NCBI RefSeq assembly: GCF_000017845.1 | Contig: NC_010546.1 | Location: 1-32,000 of the forward strand | From: Crocosphaera subtropica ATCC 51142 | GTDB lineage: Bacteria; Cyanobacteriota; Cyanobacteriia; Cyanobacteriales; Microcystaceae | Length of the DNA: 32,000 nt | Direction of reading: 5' to 3' | Shown here: in pieces, positions 24,755 through 32,000 of the stretch | Position numbering within the stretch: the stretch's first letter is position 1 | Layout: each line of letters starts with the position of its first letter | Position numbers and translations under genes: made by a program | The notes under the pieces: generated by a model | The model's database searches: none | What the model was told of the DNA's origin: nothing | Seen by the model: only the letters and a program-made list of their open reading frames with translations

Positions 24755-25147
24755 AATATCCCTCGTTATTGTTACTATTTTTTTGAATTTGATTAAATAA
24801 TTGTCTATTTCAATTGAAAATTACATTCTATTTTTTGATCAATACACCAGAGATGAAGTTGCCAATAAAAAATGAAAAGCTTCCCCCTTGATCAACATTA
24901 AAAACTTGATCTTTCAATACATTATGTTATTCTAAGAGAATGTAAACTCTTCAATTTGCCCCGTCCTCACATCCACCTGGCTCCCTGGGCTTTCTATTTC
25001 AATTATGTCTTGTTCTTGGTCAGAAATTGTAGACAATCTTAAGAAAGTTCACATTTCTCAATGTAACTTAAAATAAAAAGAAGATCAAATAATTCGAGGA
25101 TAATTTAATAGTAGGATCAAAGAAGAATCGTTTTGGGGCGTTTATCA

Positions 25148-25804
25148 ATGTCGTCTGTTTTTTCCGATCATCCTTTGAGCAAGGCCATTCCTTTAGATAA
25201 AATCCGCTACAATGAGCAAGGATTAGTTCCTGCGATCGCTCAAGATTATTTAGATGGGACAGTGCTAATGTTGGCTTGGATGAACCAAGAATCATTACAA
25301 AAAACCTTAGAAACGGGGGAAACTTGGTATTGGAGTCGTTCTCGACAAGAATTATGGCATAAAGGTGCAACCTCTGGCCATATTCAGAAAGTTAAATCCA
25401 TCCGTTATGATTGTGATAGCGATGCGTTGTTAATCAGTATCGAACAAGTGGGAGATATTGCCTGTCATACAGGAGAAAGAAGTTGTTTTCATCAACTAGA
25501 AGAAAATGAAAAACTAGCCCCTCCGGCGGATACTTTATCGGGCCTTTATGAAATCATTTGTCAACGTCGAGATAACCCAGTAGAAGGTTCGTACACTCGG
25601 AAATTATTAGAAGGGGGAGATAACAAAATTCTCAAAAAAATAGGGGAAGAAGCAGCAGAAGTGGTCATGGCCTGTAAAGATGACGAAAAAGAGGCGATCG
25701 CATCAGAAGTTGCTGATTTGTTTTATCATACTTTAGTGGCTTTATCCTATCATCAGGTCGATATCAAAGACGTTTATCGTAAGTTACAAGAAAGAAAAAG
25801 ATAA
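25148..25804 (+). CDS. hisIE: Bifunctional phosphoribosyl-AMP cyclohydrolase / phosphoribosyl-ATP pyrophosphatase
   Basis: GLVPAIAQD...[12 protein letters not shown]...DCD.DALL (HisI) followed by the HisE helix bundle ([12 protein letters not shown]...[13 protein letters not shown]). The track start at 25133 is TTG; the ATG is at 25148. Confidence 0.93.
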   Translation: MSSVFSDHPLSKAIPLDKIRYNEQGLVPAIAQDYLDGTVLMLAWMNQESLQKTLETGETWYWSRSRQELWHKGATSGHIQKVKSIRYDCDSDALLISIEQVGDIACHTGERSCFHQLEENEKLAPPADTLSGLYEIICQRRDNPVEGSYTRKLLEGGDNKILKKIGEEAAEVVMACKDDEKEAIASEVADLFYHTLVALSYHQVDIKDVYRKLQERKR

Positions 25805-25815
25805 CAATTGTCTTT

Positions 25816-25968
25816 ATGACGTTTACCAAGACAGCTAATAGTCTAGAGGAATTTCTTAAACTTCCAGAAACTAAACCAGTTTGTGAATATATTAATGGCA
25901 ACGATGATCATTTACCCATTTTAAATGGTCTTGAGTTAGAGTTAAGTACCAACGAGATTTTTGCTTGA
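25816..25968 (+). pseudogene. Internally deleted Uma2-family remnant (50 codons)
   Basis: The N-terminal Uma2 signature LEEFLKLPETKPVCEYING is joined directly to the C-terminal signature LPILNGLELELSTNEIFA. The TGA sits where family members have Trp (TGG) of ...FAWLK. Confidence 0.6.
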
Positions 25969-26023
25969 CTAAAGATGGGTTAATTCAACCCATCTTCTCA
26001 AGTTCCATTAGTTAAATAGGCTT

Positions 26024-28018
26024 CTAAAATAAACTAGCCACTTGATAAAAAATAAAACTCACAACCCAAGCTAAAACCAATCCATACACCACAGTAAACA
26101 ATGTAAACTTAACACTTTTTGCTTCACTGCGAATGGTTGCCAAGGTAGCCACACAGGGACTATATAACAAACAGAACAACATAAAACTATAAGCTTGAAT
26201 GGGGGAAATGGTTTGGGCTAAAGTTGCTTGAATAGCACCAGGATCAGCTAAATGGTAAATAGTGGCTAAAGACCCAACAATGATCTCTTTGGCAATAAAC
26301 CCAAAAATTAAAGCAATGGTCAATTCTTGAGGAATCCCAATGGGACTTAGGACGGGGGCGAAAAATTCCCCTAAACGCACAGCATAACTAGCATCTCCCG
26401 TTCCTGGTAAGTTGGTCAGCAGTAATACCCCTAATACTCCCACAATGATCCAAGCACCACCTTTCTGCACAAAGGCTTTAACGGCATTTCCTCCGGTTAC
26501 CATACCCACCATCAGAGGAACCCCTAAAGCGATGGTTAACCCGGCACTACCAATGGGGTTAGCAGTTCCTTGGGGTAGGTTAGTCATCAACCAAACCCCC
26601 ACCACTCCGGCGGTAATAAACCCAGTGGCCCGACGAAGAAACTCTCTTAACTCACCCCAACCCCGTAACCAAATCTGTTTGAGGGTGGGAAAACGATAAG
26701 GGGGTAACTCAATAACAAAGGGTTCTTTGCTGGCAAACTGTCCTTTCATTAAAAAGCCAGTTCCAAAAGCCACCAAAAAGCTGATCAGGTACAAAGATAA
26801 CAGTACCAATGGGCCCCAAGTGCGATCAAATAAAGCATCAATGATAAACACAAACACTGTTAAACGGGCCGAACACAGGGCAAAGGGCATAATTAAAATG
26901 GTCAAAAAACGGAGCGATCGCGATCGCATGACCCTCGCCCCCATCACCGCCGGAATATTACAGCCAAACCCCATAATTAACAGGACAAAACTGCGCCCAT
27001 CTAACCCTAACCGATACATGATCGAGTCCATCATGTAAGCAGCGCGAGAAAAATAACCACTGTCCTCAATAATGGCCATCATGAAGAAAAAGATTACCAC
27101 CAGGGGAACAAAGGAAGCGACTGTGGCCAATCCTCCATAGAGTCCATCCACTAAAAAGCCCCTGAAAAACGCTGGCAGTCCGGCTGTCAAGGGATCAATG
27201 GCTACTGTTTGCAACCAAGTGGTAACAGCATCGGCAATATCTTGAGAAGGTAATCCTACTTCCCAGACAAACTCAAACATGAGGTAAACGGTCAAGAAAA
27301 AGAGGGGAAGGCCAATAACCGGATGTAAAAGGAGGCTATCTAGTCGTTGGGTAAAGGTTCGATACAGGTTCGAGGGCATCTTTACGGTGTCCTCTAAGAC
27401 CTCTGCAATAGCTGAAGGAGAGATTTGTTGGTGGGCTTCGATTTTTAGGGTCAAGTCTTGGGGAACTGTAACCGCTTGACTTTGGGCTAAAACTTGGCTA
27501 ATTTTATGTTTTGCCGGGAGAATCCCTCGATTATATTTAGCACTCACTAAGGCCACAGGCATTCCTAGTTTTTCCTCTAGTTTTTGGCTATCGATGTCAA
27601 TGCCAAAATGGTTGGCTTCGTCTACCATATTTAAAATTAAGATGCCTGGGATGCCTAATGCCTTGACTTGAAGGGCTAATCTAATTTGGCGATCAATCTG
27701 TCCAGCGTTGAGAACCACCAAAACTAAGTTAACGGGAAAGCGTTCAAAAAAATCTTGTACCACCCGTTCATCTTCTGAGTAACCTTCTAAATCGTATATT
27801 CCTGGTAAGTCTACAAATTCTACGGTTTCCCCTTCGAGTTCGACTTCTGCTTCCAATAAATCCACCGTTACCCCTGGCCAGTTCCCCACAAAGGCACTGG
27901 CTCCAGTAATCTGGTTAAATAAGGTTGATTTCCCTACGTTGGGCATTCCCAGAACACCCACTCGCTTGTGGGTGAGTTCTGGGTAGAGGGTCACTCCTGG
28001 ACTGTGACAATGGGTCAT
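26024..28018 (-). CDS. feoB: Ferrous iron transporter FeoB (664 aa)
   Basis: The N-terminal G-domain has GMPNVGKSTLFN, DLPG and NMVD, followed by the polytopic permease domain. Confidence 0.95.
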   Translation of the reverse strand: MTHCHSPGVTLYPELTHKRVGVLGMPNVGKSTLFNQITGASAFVGNWPGVTVDLLEAEVELEGETVEFVDLPGIYDLEGYSEDERVVQDFFERFPVNLVLVVLNAGQIDRQIRLALQVKALGIPGILILNMVDEANHFGIDIDSQKLEEKLGMPVALVSAKYNRGILPAKHKISQVLAQSQAVTVPQDLTLKIEAHQQISPSAIAEVLEDTVKMPSNLYRTFTQRLDSLLLHPVIGLPLFFLTVYLMFEFVWEVGLPSQDIADAVTTWLQTVAIDPLTAGLPAFFRGFLVDGLYGGLATVASFVPLVVIFFFMMAIIEDSGYFSRAAYMMDSIMYRLGLDGRSFVLLIMGFGCNIPAVMGARVMRSRSLRFLTILIMPFALCSARLTVFVFIIDALFDRTWGPLVLLSLYLISFLVAFGTGFLMKGQFASKEPFVIELPPYRFPTLKQIWLRGWGELREFLRRATGFITAGVVGVWLMTNLPQGTANPIGSAGLTIALGVPLMVGMVTGGNAVKAFVQKGGAWIIVGVLGVLLLTNLPGTGDASYAVRLGEFFAPVLSPIGIPQELTIALIFGFIAKEIIVGSLATIYHLADPGAIQATLAQTISPIQAYSFMLFCLLYSPCVATLATIRSEAKSVKFTLFTVVYGLVLAWVVSFIFYQVASLF

Positions 28019-28094
28019 AAGATTTTGCTCCTAATGGGTTTCTCTGTATCGTGGCTTTGGTTAGGTTAATAGCAAGATTGAAAAATGATTCTCA

Positions 28095-28325
28095 TCAGCG
28101 CATTTCTAACTCGATGCCTTCAGCTTCGTGTCGTCGCATAGCCACTTCTGTGGTCATTCCTACTCGTACATGAAGGGGCCCTTTTAACCAAGCTTTCCGC
28201 AACAGTTTTACTTCTTGTCCCACAGTGAAACCCATAGCTTCTAGGCGACGAGATAATCCTGGATCATCAATATTGATGGCACTCACAATGGCCGAGTGTC
28301 CCGGTTTGAGGTTTAATAATTTCAT
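28095..28325 (-). CDS. feoA: FeoA-family iron transport protein (76 aa)
   Basis: A small SH3-like FeoA sequence (LKPGHSAIVSAI...RRLEAMGFTVGQEV...GPLHVRVG) directly upstream of feoB. Confidence 0.9.
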   Translation of the reverse strand: MKLLNLKPGHSAIVSAINIDDPGLSRRLEAMGFTVGQEVKLLRKAWLKGPLHVRVGMTTEVAMRRHEAEGIELEMR

Positions 28326-28355
28326 CTTTCCTTTCTCAAGAAATCAAAATATTAT

Positions 28356-28370
28356 TAAGAATAATTCTTA
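28356..28370. promoter_or_regulatory. 7-1-7 palindrome, candidate Fur-type box upstream of feoA
   Basis: TAAGAAT-A-ATTCTTA is a perfect AT-rich inverted repeat 31-45 nt upstream of the feoA ATG. It has Fur-box-like symmetry but is not the consensus sequence. Confidence 0.35.
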
Positions 28371-28862
28371 TCTTTTTCCTTATTTTAATGATTTTAATGC
28401 TTCTACTGGTGACTATTTCATGGAGAATTATGAAGGAAAACGGCTTTTTTATAATCTTAAAATCATCACTTGAAGGTTAATTTTCAAGTTTTTCTGCCCA
28501 CGACAAGGTAAAGAAAATCTTAAGATTTTTCCTGGATAGTAGAAGACTTTGATAATAATTACTCTCAATAGTATTCTATAACAACCTTTTCCAGTGAAAG
28601 ACAAGTTAACAGTATTTTTTAATCTTTTTTAACGTTTTCTTAACCTTAGTGGCATTCTTATTTCTACTTGATATAAGAGTTACGCTTTCTGAATTATCTC
28701 TAAAACATTTTTTGCTTAGCGATCGCCATTAATCTGAAATCGCTTCAGGATTGCTACAAACGCTATATTAAACTCCCCCAAGTGGCAGAAATGGGGGTGT
28801 GTTACTATGGCTGGCGATCTTTCAATTATGAGAGTAAAAACTGCGACGAATATTATGATTAA

Positions 28863-29153
28863 CTAAGATTCATGGGCAATAGTTTTCTCAGTAAATAGAT
28901 AATCTTTCAGTTCCTCATCAAACACTGAGTCTTGACGACGAATCCACTCTAAAAGCATCGCTGCGTGTTCTTTTTCTTCATCTCGATTATGAGCAAGAAT
29001 AGCCTTGAGTTCTTTATTTTTACAGACATCCACTCGTTGGTTATACCAATCGATTGCTTCTAACTCTTCCATCAGTGATGTAATCGCACGGTGCATCTCT
29101 ATGGTTTCACTGGATAATTCATGAATTGGTTCATGATAGCCTTCGTTGGACAT
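28863..29153 (-). CDS. Encapsulated-ferritin-like (EncFtn family) mini-ferritin, no targeting peptide (96 aa)
   Basis: YHEP...MHRAITSLMEELEAIDWYNQRVD...LKAILAHNRDEEKEHAAMLLEWIRRQD matches the EncFtn signature as I remember it, including the EExxH ferroxidase motif. The protein ends right after the ferritin-like helices. Confidence 0.82.
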   Translation of the reverse strand: MSNEGYHEPIHELSSETIEMHRAITSLMEELEAIDWYNQRVDVCKNKELKAILAHNRDEEKEHAAMLLEWIRRQDSVFDEELKDYLFTEKTIAHES

Positions 29154-29684
29154 GACCGTATTCTCCTTTAATTCTTTTTTTATTCAACAAATAGTTGACA
29201 AGTTTTATGCCTAGAGTCTCTGCAATTTACTTCTATTATTATTATAGGATCATCAACCTCATTTTTTATCTAAAATTCACTAAAGTATAATTGTTAATAA
29301 CTATTTATAGTGTTTATAAAGGTTATAAATCTCTAAGAATCTCAATTATATTCCCTAATTTTTTATTCTTATTCTATTTTCTTTCTCCTCCACTCCGGTC
29401 TCCCTGCTCCCCCGCAATCCTAACTAGGATCTTTGTGATCTACTTAGTTTATTGTGACGGTAACTCCTTAAGAATTGATTTTCTGTTTTTCTAGCTTAAG
29501 TTTCTTTGTACTGGGAGAAAACATCTGTTTAACCCGAATTTCTACTTAATTTGATGTTTTTCTACTTAATACAGCCAACAGGTTCTGGAGATACACTTAT
29601 TTTGGGACTGACATCACTTACAAGGTGGCTATAGTGTGTAATCAAAGAAAAACTTAGAATTACCAAAAATACGAGGAAAAAACA

Positions 29685-30089
29685 ATGATGTTGCGTAAAA
29701 TTGCTTCAGTGTCCATCTTAAGTTTAGGTGCTTGTAGCTCATTGCTTCTAAGTTCACCAGCGTTAGCATCACGCCACTGCAAAGATGTGTATCTGAAAGT
29801 CGTTAATAACACTGGTAATCAAATCAAAGTTATTGATCTTGACTATTATGATCCTGCTTACCAAAAATGGCGTTCAGAACCAGTTCCGAATGAAGTCATC
29901 CCTGATGGACAAGTCTGGCAAGAAACCCGAAGACTCGAAAAGGTTAATGAAAAAAATATTCGCATCAGGGTAGAATATCGTATTCCTGATCCTGAGCGCA
30001 ATGGAGGTTGGAGTAGAGAGGTCTTGACCAAGGAATCTTCTCGACAAGTATGCAGTCCAGGTAAAGTTTATGAAATTACTCTAGGGTAA
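29685..30089 (+). CDS. Secreted hypothetical protein (134 aa)
   Basis: Signal peptide MMLRKIASVSILSLGACSSLLLSSPALA, AGGAAAA upstream of the ATG, and a beta-rich mature part with two Cys. Confidence 0.6.
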   Translation: MMLRKIASVSILSLGACSSLLLSSPALASRHCKDVYLKVVNNTGNQIKVIDLDYYDPAYQKWRSEPVPNEVIPDGQVWQETRRLEKVNEKNIRIRVEYRIPDPERNGGWSREVLTKESSRQVCSPGKVYEITLG

Positions 30090-30123
30090 GTTGTACATGG
30101 GAATTACGAAACTGAAAGTTATA

Positions 30124-30235
30124 TAACGTGAGTTCGGTGTTAGGAGTTATTCTTTTGTCAACGGGATCATCGGAAGTTCCGACTTCAAATTTGTTATTAG
30201 TTATCCACAAATTCCCTTTCGTCGAACTCACGTTA
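30124..30235. repeat. 112-bp element bounded by perfect 13-bp inverted repeats (MITE-like or long stem-loop)
   Basis: TAACGTGAGTTCG (30124-30136) pairs with CGAACTCACGTTA (30223-30235). An inner hairpin is GAAGT-TCCG-ACTTC. The element lies between convergent genes. Confidence 0.5.
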
Positions 30236-30291
30236 ATCATGAAAAAAACTAATACTCTTGTCTACAGCTAAAATTCACTCATTTCATTATC

Positions 30292-31380
30292 CTAACCGAT
30301 TAAATCTTGGAACACTTCTTGTACAGCAGGATGAACTAATACCCCGTCTTTGACATTAACCCCTTTAGCTAAACTAGCATCTTTTTCTAAGGCATCTAAC
30401 CCATCATTAGCCAATTTCAACACATAGGGTAAGGTACTATTATTCAAGGCTTGGGTCGCTGTCCAAGGAACGGCACCAGGCATATTAGGAACCCCGAAAT
30501 GAACCACTCCTTCCTCGACATAGGTAGGGGAACTATGGGAGGTGGTGCGTAGGGTTTCGATACATCCCCCTTGATCCACTGCCACATCCACAATAACCGA
30601 TCCAGGACGCATTTTTGAGACTAATTCCCTAGACACTAAAGTTGGGGCGCGTTTTCCTGTGACTAACACTGCACCGATCAATAAATCTGCATTAGGGACT
30701 GCTGTTTCAATGCTAGAAACGTTACTATAGAGCAGTTCTACCCGTGAACCAAAAAGGGTTTCTAAATAAGCTAAACGCTCTACACTGATGTCAAATATTT
30801 GCACTTGCGCCCCCATTCCCACTGCAATACGGGCCGCTTCTGTGCCAACTACACCCCCTCCTAAAATGACCACACGCCCCGCAAAAACGCCAGGAATGCC
30901 CCCTAAAAGAACCCCACGACCCCCTTGTTGTTTTTCTAAATATCTCGCCCCAAACTGTACGGATAAGCGGCCAGCAATGATGCTCATAGGGGTTAGTAGG
31001 GGAAGTCTTCTGTCGGAAAGTTCAACGGTTTCATAAGCAATGGCTGTTATTTGAGATGAGAGTAAAGCTTTTGTTAAGTCTTTATCTGCTGCTAAATGTA
31101 AATAGGTAAACAGTATTTTGGCTGTGTTGAGATAGGGATATTCTTGACTGAGCGGTTCTTTAACTTTTACCACTAATTCTTGTTCCCATGCTTGCGCTGC
31201 ACTGGAAACAATTTTCGCCCCCGCTTGTTCGTATTCTTGGTCTGTAAAACCTGACCCTATTCCGGCTTTGGTTTCTACAGAAACTTGATGTCCTTTATCA
31301 CATAATGCCCTGACACTATTAGGACTTAACCCAACCCGAAATTCTTGATCTTTAATCTCTTTAGGGACACCAATTTTCAT
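30292..31380 (-). CDS. ald: Alanine dehydrogenase (362 aa)
   Basis: MKIGVPKEIKDQEFRVGLSP, the GGGVVGTEAARIAVGMGA Rossmann motif and VDVAVDQGG. The ATG at 31378-31380 is preceded by GAGGAA; the track start at 31392 is GTG. Confidence 0.93.
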   Translation of the reverse strand: MKIGVPKEIKDQEFRVGLSPNSVRALCDKGHQVSVETKAGIGSGFTDQEYEQAGAKIVSSAAQAWEQELVVKVKEPLSQEYPYLNTAKILFTYLHLAADKDLTKALLSSQITAIAYETVELSDRRLPLLTPMSIIAGRLSVQFGARYLEKQQGGRGVLLGGIPGVFAGRVVILGGGVVGTEAARIAVGMGAQVQIFDISVERLAYLETLFGSRVELLYSNVSSIETAVPNADLLIGAVLVTGKRAPTLVSRELVSKMRPGSVIVDVAVDQGGCIETLRTTSHSSPTYVEEGVVHFGVPNMPGAVPWTATQALNNSTLPYVLKLANDGLDALEKDASLAKGVNVKDGVLVHPAVQEVFQDLIG

Positions 31381-31477
31381 ATAATTCCTCACACCTAATT
31401 AATCTTTAATATAGCTTACAAAAACTTTTTGAGAATTGCTAGGATTATCACTGTTTATAACTGTTGCACTTTAAAAA

Positions 31478-32000
31478 CTATGGTTTAGTATTTCCTCCTC
31501 GCAAAAACCAACCTAAAACACCGCTAATAGTAGCAGTGATGCTGATAATCACAAACTGTCTCCAATTCTTTAATTCTCCCACTTTTTCGGCTAAGTCAGG
31601 AATTTTATCGACAGCAGGTTTCCAGGTTTCTAAACGGGTGTCTACCATCACTAATTGTTTATCAACTTCTATTAATTTTTCTTTTAACTGAGTTTGTCCT
31701 TTTTCTACACTGGTGAGTCGAGTGTCAACGTTAGTTAATTGAGTTTCTATACTGGTGAGTCGAGTGTCAACGTTAGTTAATTGAGTTTCTACACTGGTGA
31801 GTCGAGTGTCAACGTTAGTTAATTGAGTTTCTACACTGGTGAGTCGAGTGTCAACGTTAGTTAATTGAGTTTCTACACTGGTGAGTCTTGTGTCAACATT
31901 AGTTAATTGAGTTTCTATATTAGTCAATCGATTTTCTAAGACTTGATGATTACCGATAATCAAATCTTTGAGTTCTTTGAGATCATTTTCTGTGACTTTT
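31478..32000 (-). CDS. Tandem-repeat coiled-coil protein with C-terminal TM anchor, 5' end outside the window
   Basis: The reading frame stays open to position 32000 (KVTENDLKELKD precedes the track start, which is TTG). It has 5-6 copies of TQLTNVDTRLTSVE followed by a hydrophobic helix (FVIISITATISGVLGWFL). Confidence 0.7.
   Translation of the reverse strand, partial: KVTENDLKELKDLIIGNHQVLENRLTNIETQLTNVDTRLTSVETQLTNVDTRLTSVETQLTNVDTRLTSVETQLTNVDTRLTSIETQLTNVDTRLTSVEKGQTQLKEKLIEVDKQLVMVDTRLETWKPAVDKIPDLAEKVGELKNWRQFVIISITATISGVLGWFLRGGNTKP
31705..31914. repeat. 42-bp tandem repeat, five full copies plus a degenerate sixth, inside the coiled-coil CDS
   Basis: The unit is CTACACTGGTGAGTCGAGTGTCAACGTTAGTTAATTGAGTTT. 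Copies start at 31705, 31747, 31789, 31831 and 31873. Copies 1, 3 and 4 are identical, copy 2 differs by 1 nt and copy 5 by 3 nt. Confidence 0.92.

Noticed and set aside
19771-25130. Defined genomic island with att sites at tRNA-Leu
   Set aside because: No repeat of the tRNA 3' end and no integrase gene could be found by eye. Only compositional and gene-content evidence remains, so the boundaries are left open.
25068-25370. 100-aa minus-strand ORF overlapping the hisIE start
   Set aside because: It is antisense to a well-supported housekeeping gene, with an implausible composition.
28225-29494. ORFs 28225..28473 (+) and 29291..29494 (+)
   Set aside because: The first overlaps feoA in antisense and runs through its promoter. 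The second is a pyrimidine-rich low-complexity translation in a divergent promoter region. Neither has a ribosome-binding site nor recognisable sequence.
31705-31914. Regular 42-bp repeats as a possible CRISPR array
   Set aside because: The repeats are contiguous with no spacers, lie in frame within a long ORF and encode a heptad-compatible peptide unit.

Overview
This window is cyanobacterial chromosomal DNA. I counted about 19 copies of the HIP1 octamer GCGATCGC by eye, and the XisH/XisI, Uma2/DUF820 and pentapeptide-repeat families are present. A unicellular Cyanothece/Crocosphaera-like source is only an impression.

Backbone genes:
- a Zn-alcohol dehydrogenase translationally coupled to an acyltransferase
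- a CusA/CzcA-type RND metal-efflux pump preceded by an unusually short adaptor-like protein
- an OmpR-type response regulator and a histidine kinase
- an S2P/M50 protease, an MBL-fold protein and an LpxB-related glycosyltransferase
- a HesB/IscA-type Fe-S carrier, a TPR-like protein and an M48 protease
- tRNA-Leu(CAA), HisIE, FeoAB and an EncFtn-like mini-ferritin
- alanine dehydrogenase and a tandem-repeat coiled-coil membrane protein, partial at the window edge

Visibly AT-rich, HIP1-free accessory islets sit between these genes:
1. A GH104 lysozyme-like gene, an orphan antitoxin-like ORF, vapBC and xisHI. The nuclease partner of each pair carries one in-frame stop.
2. A type II R-M cassette wedged between the response-regulator and kinase genes. 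It has a Dam-like methyltransferase convergent with a nuclease whose N-terminus is an XRE/controller-protein-like HTH. C-box-like operators lie in front of both genes.
3. A tRNA-Leu-adjacent islet with DUF2442, a PIN toxin-antitoxin pair, a frameshifted Uma2 nuclease and a stand-alone RelA/SpoT-domain (toxSAS/CapRel-like) protein.

The best leads are:
- the controller-nuclease fusion with its operators
- the split two-component operon
- a shared direct-repeat promoter module upstream of the lysozyme-like and adaptor-like genes
- the CapRel-like gene and a duplicated 41-bp leader
- the orphan EncFtn next to feoAB
- the M48 protease stop codon lying inside the tRNA

No CRISPR array, rRNA, transposase or integrase was recognised.
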